Source: the human T2T-CHM13v2.0 reference genome, Homo sapiens. Taken from it: a stretch of DNA of 64,000 bases. The stretch lies in the NCBI RefSeq assembly GCF_009914755.1, contig NC_060934.1. The stretch is one strand, 5' to 3'. This document shows, piece after piece, positions 58,446-64,000 of the stretch (positions within the stretch are counted from its first letter, which is position 1; every line of letters starts with the position of its first letter). The notes beneath the pieces are model-generated. The model made no database searches and had not been told where the DNA came from. It saw only the letters and a list, made by a program, of their open reading frames with translations. The position numbers and the translations under genes were made by a program.

Positions 58446-59283
58446 TTTTTTAATATTATTATTATTATTATACTTTAAGTTCTGGGGTACATGTGCAGAA
58501 AGTGCAGGTTGGTTACAATGGTATACACGTGCCATGGTGGTTTGCTGCACCCATCAACTTATCATCTATATCAGGTATTTCTCCTAATGCTATCCCTCCC
58601 TTAGCCCCCCACCCCCAGACAGGCTCTGGTGTGTGATGTTCCCCTCCCTGTGTCCATGTGTTCTCATTGTTCAACTCCCTCTTATGAGTGAGAACATGTG
58701 GTGTTTGGTTTTCTGTTCCTGTGTTAGTTTGCTGAGAATGATGGTTTCCAGCTTCATCCATGTCCCTGCAAAGGACATGAACTCAACCATTTTTATGGCT
58801 GCATAGTATCCCATGGTGTATGTGTGCCACATTTTCTTTATCCAGTCTACCATTGATGGGCATTTGGATTGGTTCCAAGTCTTTGCTATTGTAAACAGTG
58901 CTGTAATAAACATTCATGTGCATTTGCCTTTGTGGTAGAATGATCTATAATCCTTTGGGTGTATACCCAGTAATGGAATTGCTGCATCAAATGGTATTTC
59001 TGGTTCTAGATCCAAGACATTTATGTGGCCAAGAAACATATGAAAAAAAGCTCATCATCATTGGTCATTAGAGAAATGCAAATCAAAACCACAATGAGAT
59101 ACCATCTCACACCAGTTAGAAAGGCAATCATTAAAAAGTCAGGAAACAACAGATGCTGGAGAGGATGTGGAGAAATGGGAACTCTTTTACACTGTTGGTG
59201 GGAAGTGTAAATTAGTTCAACCATTGTGGAAGACAGTGTGGCAATTCCTCAAGGATCTAGAACCAGAAATACTATTTGACCCA
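58446..59283 (-). mobile_element. L1PA7/8-like 5'-inverted insertion inside a MIR
   Basis: Minus-strand 3' end 58446-59013, plus-strand segment 59014-59283; TSD catgatcatcacctctttttt / catgatcgtcatctctttttt (58430 / 59282). Confidence 0.9.
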
Positions 59284-59829
59284 TGATCGTCATCTCTTTT
59301 TTAAGTGACATGGCAACCTTGTGTGGCTGGGACTGGGATAATCCAAGCTTTAGGATGAGGCAACTAAGATGTAGGGAGATTAGGTAACTAGAGAAACAAT
59401 AGACAGTGGGGTGGGCATTTGATATCTGACACTCTGAACCCAGAACCCAAGTTCCTAAACATGATGGAAGAAGCAAGTGTGTTGCTTGGGCTGAAGCACT
59501 CCTCATCCCAGTCAGACTGTATTTGTTGTCAGAGAAAAGTGATTCTTGCTCACATGGAAACTTTTCTGTACTCAGCCTAGGAAATTTCCATGCACAAAAG
59601 AAATCGATAGTGTCAATGAGCTCCAGCCAAAGCTCACCTGGAGCACACCAGTGATTGAACAAGTATTGATTATTACTACTTGCAGAGAGAAAGGACAGGC
59701 ACCGTGGGGAAATCATGCATTGTCTTAGTAAGATGGTATTTAAAAGAACCTATTAAAGGATCTGGGCTTTGGTTGTGTGATAAATAATGATTTAGCAGGC
59801 TTATACCCTGCCTCTCTGAACACCTCTTT

Positions 59830-61380
59830 TCTTCCCTCCATTTACACAATATTATTGCAATCCAATTTTGGTTAAATTAAAAATATATTTACTGTATTTA
59901 TATGATACATGGTATTGTTCAATTGTAGAGTACCATGATTATATATTCTGACTGGTATTACTTTTTTATATTGCAGTTAATAACTGCCTTTATATAAAAT
60001 TTTCTTAGTTTTCAATATACTGTTATCACCATTTTTCTGCAAACTCGACAAAAGACGTATAGAACCCTTTAGAATACTTTTTTCTGTAGTAGCTAAGCAA
60101 GTATTTCTTCTTCCCTTTGAAACAGTCCTCCATCCTGTGCCTTCCAACCTCCACTTCTACTCTAGAGTGGTGGCATTCTGAATGGTATATTTAAACTTTT
60201 GGGATTTTTCTACAGTTCTCCTGTGATTGATCCAGTATTTCCTGGACAAAGTGCCTTTGCCCTTCTTGCTCTATGCCCTAATTTGGGAGAGGCACACTTT
60301 CAAGTGATTTCCTGAGAATAAGGCATCAGAGGGAATCTTGAGACCTGAAACATTTCTGAAAGCGTTATTTTCTATCTTCATGCTTGACTGAGAATCTTGC
60401 CAGGTATGGCATCATAGGTCAAAACTAAATTTTTCCTCAGAATTTTGAGAGCATTGCTTCATTGTCATTCACCTTCTAGTGTTGCTACTGAAAAATCCTA
60501 TACTATTCTAATATCTGTTCTTTTGTCTTTGACCTTGTTTGCTTGTTTGTTTGTTGTCTAGAATATTTTATCAACTTATTTTTATCCCTGGTGTTTGAAA
60601 ACTTCTATTAGAAACCGGGCATTACTATTAGAGACCGGGCATTACATAGCTGATTAGAACACGGGTAGAAATTGTTGAGTGATTGGTTGGAAACCTGGGA
60701 ATTGCTCTTACGGAAATACCAATTAGCCATATCTCTGAGTCTTTTTCTCTCATGTATTCTTGTTCTGTAGGGATGAAACAAAAGGCTTTACTTATCTTCA
60801 GCCAAGATCAGGCCCAGGGTTTGGATGGGTAGTAATTGTTAGGTATGAGGTCAGTCCCAGAATTCTTGGAAACACTTTGTGGGTGGTGGCTGGAGTAACT
60901 TCATCTTAACCTCTTTGTTTCTACCACACTGTCTCTCTCCCACTGTGTGCTGTACCTAGTGTTCCCTAGAATGAAACCTCTATGACTTAAAATCTCTCCA
61001 GATAAACTCCATGCTGCAGTGGAGAAAGTGAAGTTGCCCAACCAGGTGGAAGAGAGAATGGATCAGGGTACTGACTTTTCTACCAGTGTCCCCACTTTTT
61101 TTTCTGGTGCTTCACTATTATCTTCTGTGGTATTGGTGCCTCCGAATTCTGGAGGTCTCATTGACTTTGTCCTAATTATCTTCCACTTGTGCAAGCATTT
61201 GGGATTCAGGTTTCTTCGAAAAACGAATCTCTTCCTCCACTTCCAGTGTTCTAAAAACTTGAAATACTCTCTCTGGTCTGTTCCTTTGTACATTTATAAT
61301 TCATTTTTATTTACTTTCTCACAATTTAGTGCAGTTTCATGAGGGTACAAGGATTAATTCATATATGTAATTGAAATTTT
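59830..61380 (-). mobile_element. HAL1 / old L1ME-like fragments
   Basis: cctcagaattttgagagcattgcttcattgtc...ttctagtgttgctactgaaaa resembles HAL1 antisense. Confidence 0.5.
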
Positions 61381-61630
61381 GTGATTGAAAAAGTCTTTAC
61401 ATTGCTCTTAGATCTAAATTGTCTATTGTGGCATAATTAGCAGGCAACATATATATTGACCTTATGGAATGTATGTTAAGTATATAACACATAACAATAT
61501 ATTTTAAGCTGGTAGAGGGAACTCTGTGGTGACTACCAATAAAATTCATCTCATCACAGTGCAAACAATTTCACTACTGATAAGCTGGGTTTTTTTTTCA
61601 TTCTGTTGAAAACAACCTAGTAATCTTTTC

Positions 61631-64000
<2,370 letters not shown>

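Noticed and set aside
59249-59716. 155-aa minus-strand ORF
   Set aside because: It crosses L1, MIR and probable LTR debris, with no coherent protein features

Overview
Human genomic DNA (the window ends in a human-specific L1HS Ta-1 element), AT-rich and CpG-depleted, typical of a long intron or gene desert. I see no cellular protein-coding gene, RNA gene or CRISPR array. The only recognisable coding sequence is broken LINE-1 ORF1/ORF2. Most of the window is transposable-element debris: a 5'-truncated L1PA4-like copy (2.9-8.1 kb), the 3' part of a very young L1HS Ta-1 (61.6 kb to end), a 5'-inverted L1PA7/8-like insertion, an orphan internal L1PA fragment, older L1M/HAL1, nine Alus, solo LTRs (THE1D/MSTA, MLT2A1, MLT2, MLT1, LTR47-like, LTR16-like), DNA transposons (MER44, MER45, MER5, MER81) and many MIR/L2 fragments. 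Unique islands at about 12-17, 23-30 and 40-41 kb hold candidate regulatory elements and possible non-coding exons. I cannot support a new biological system from sequence alone. The best leads are unusual L1 insertion structures, a possible + strand spliced transcript and candidate enhancers. Subfamily names come from recalled consensus sequences, and boundaries of old repeats are approximate.
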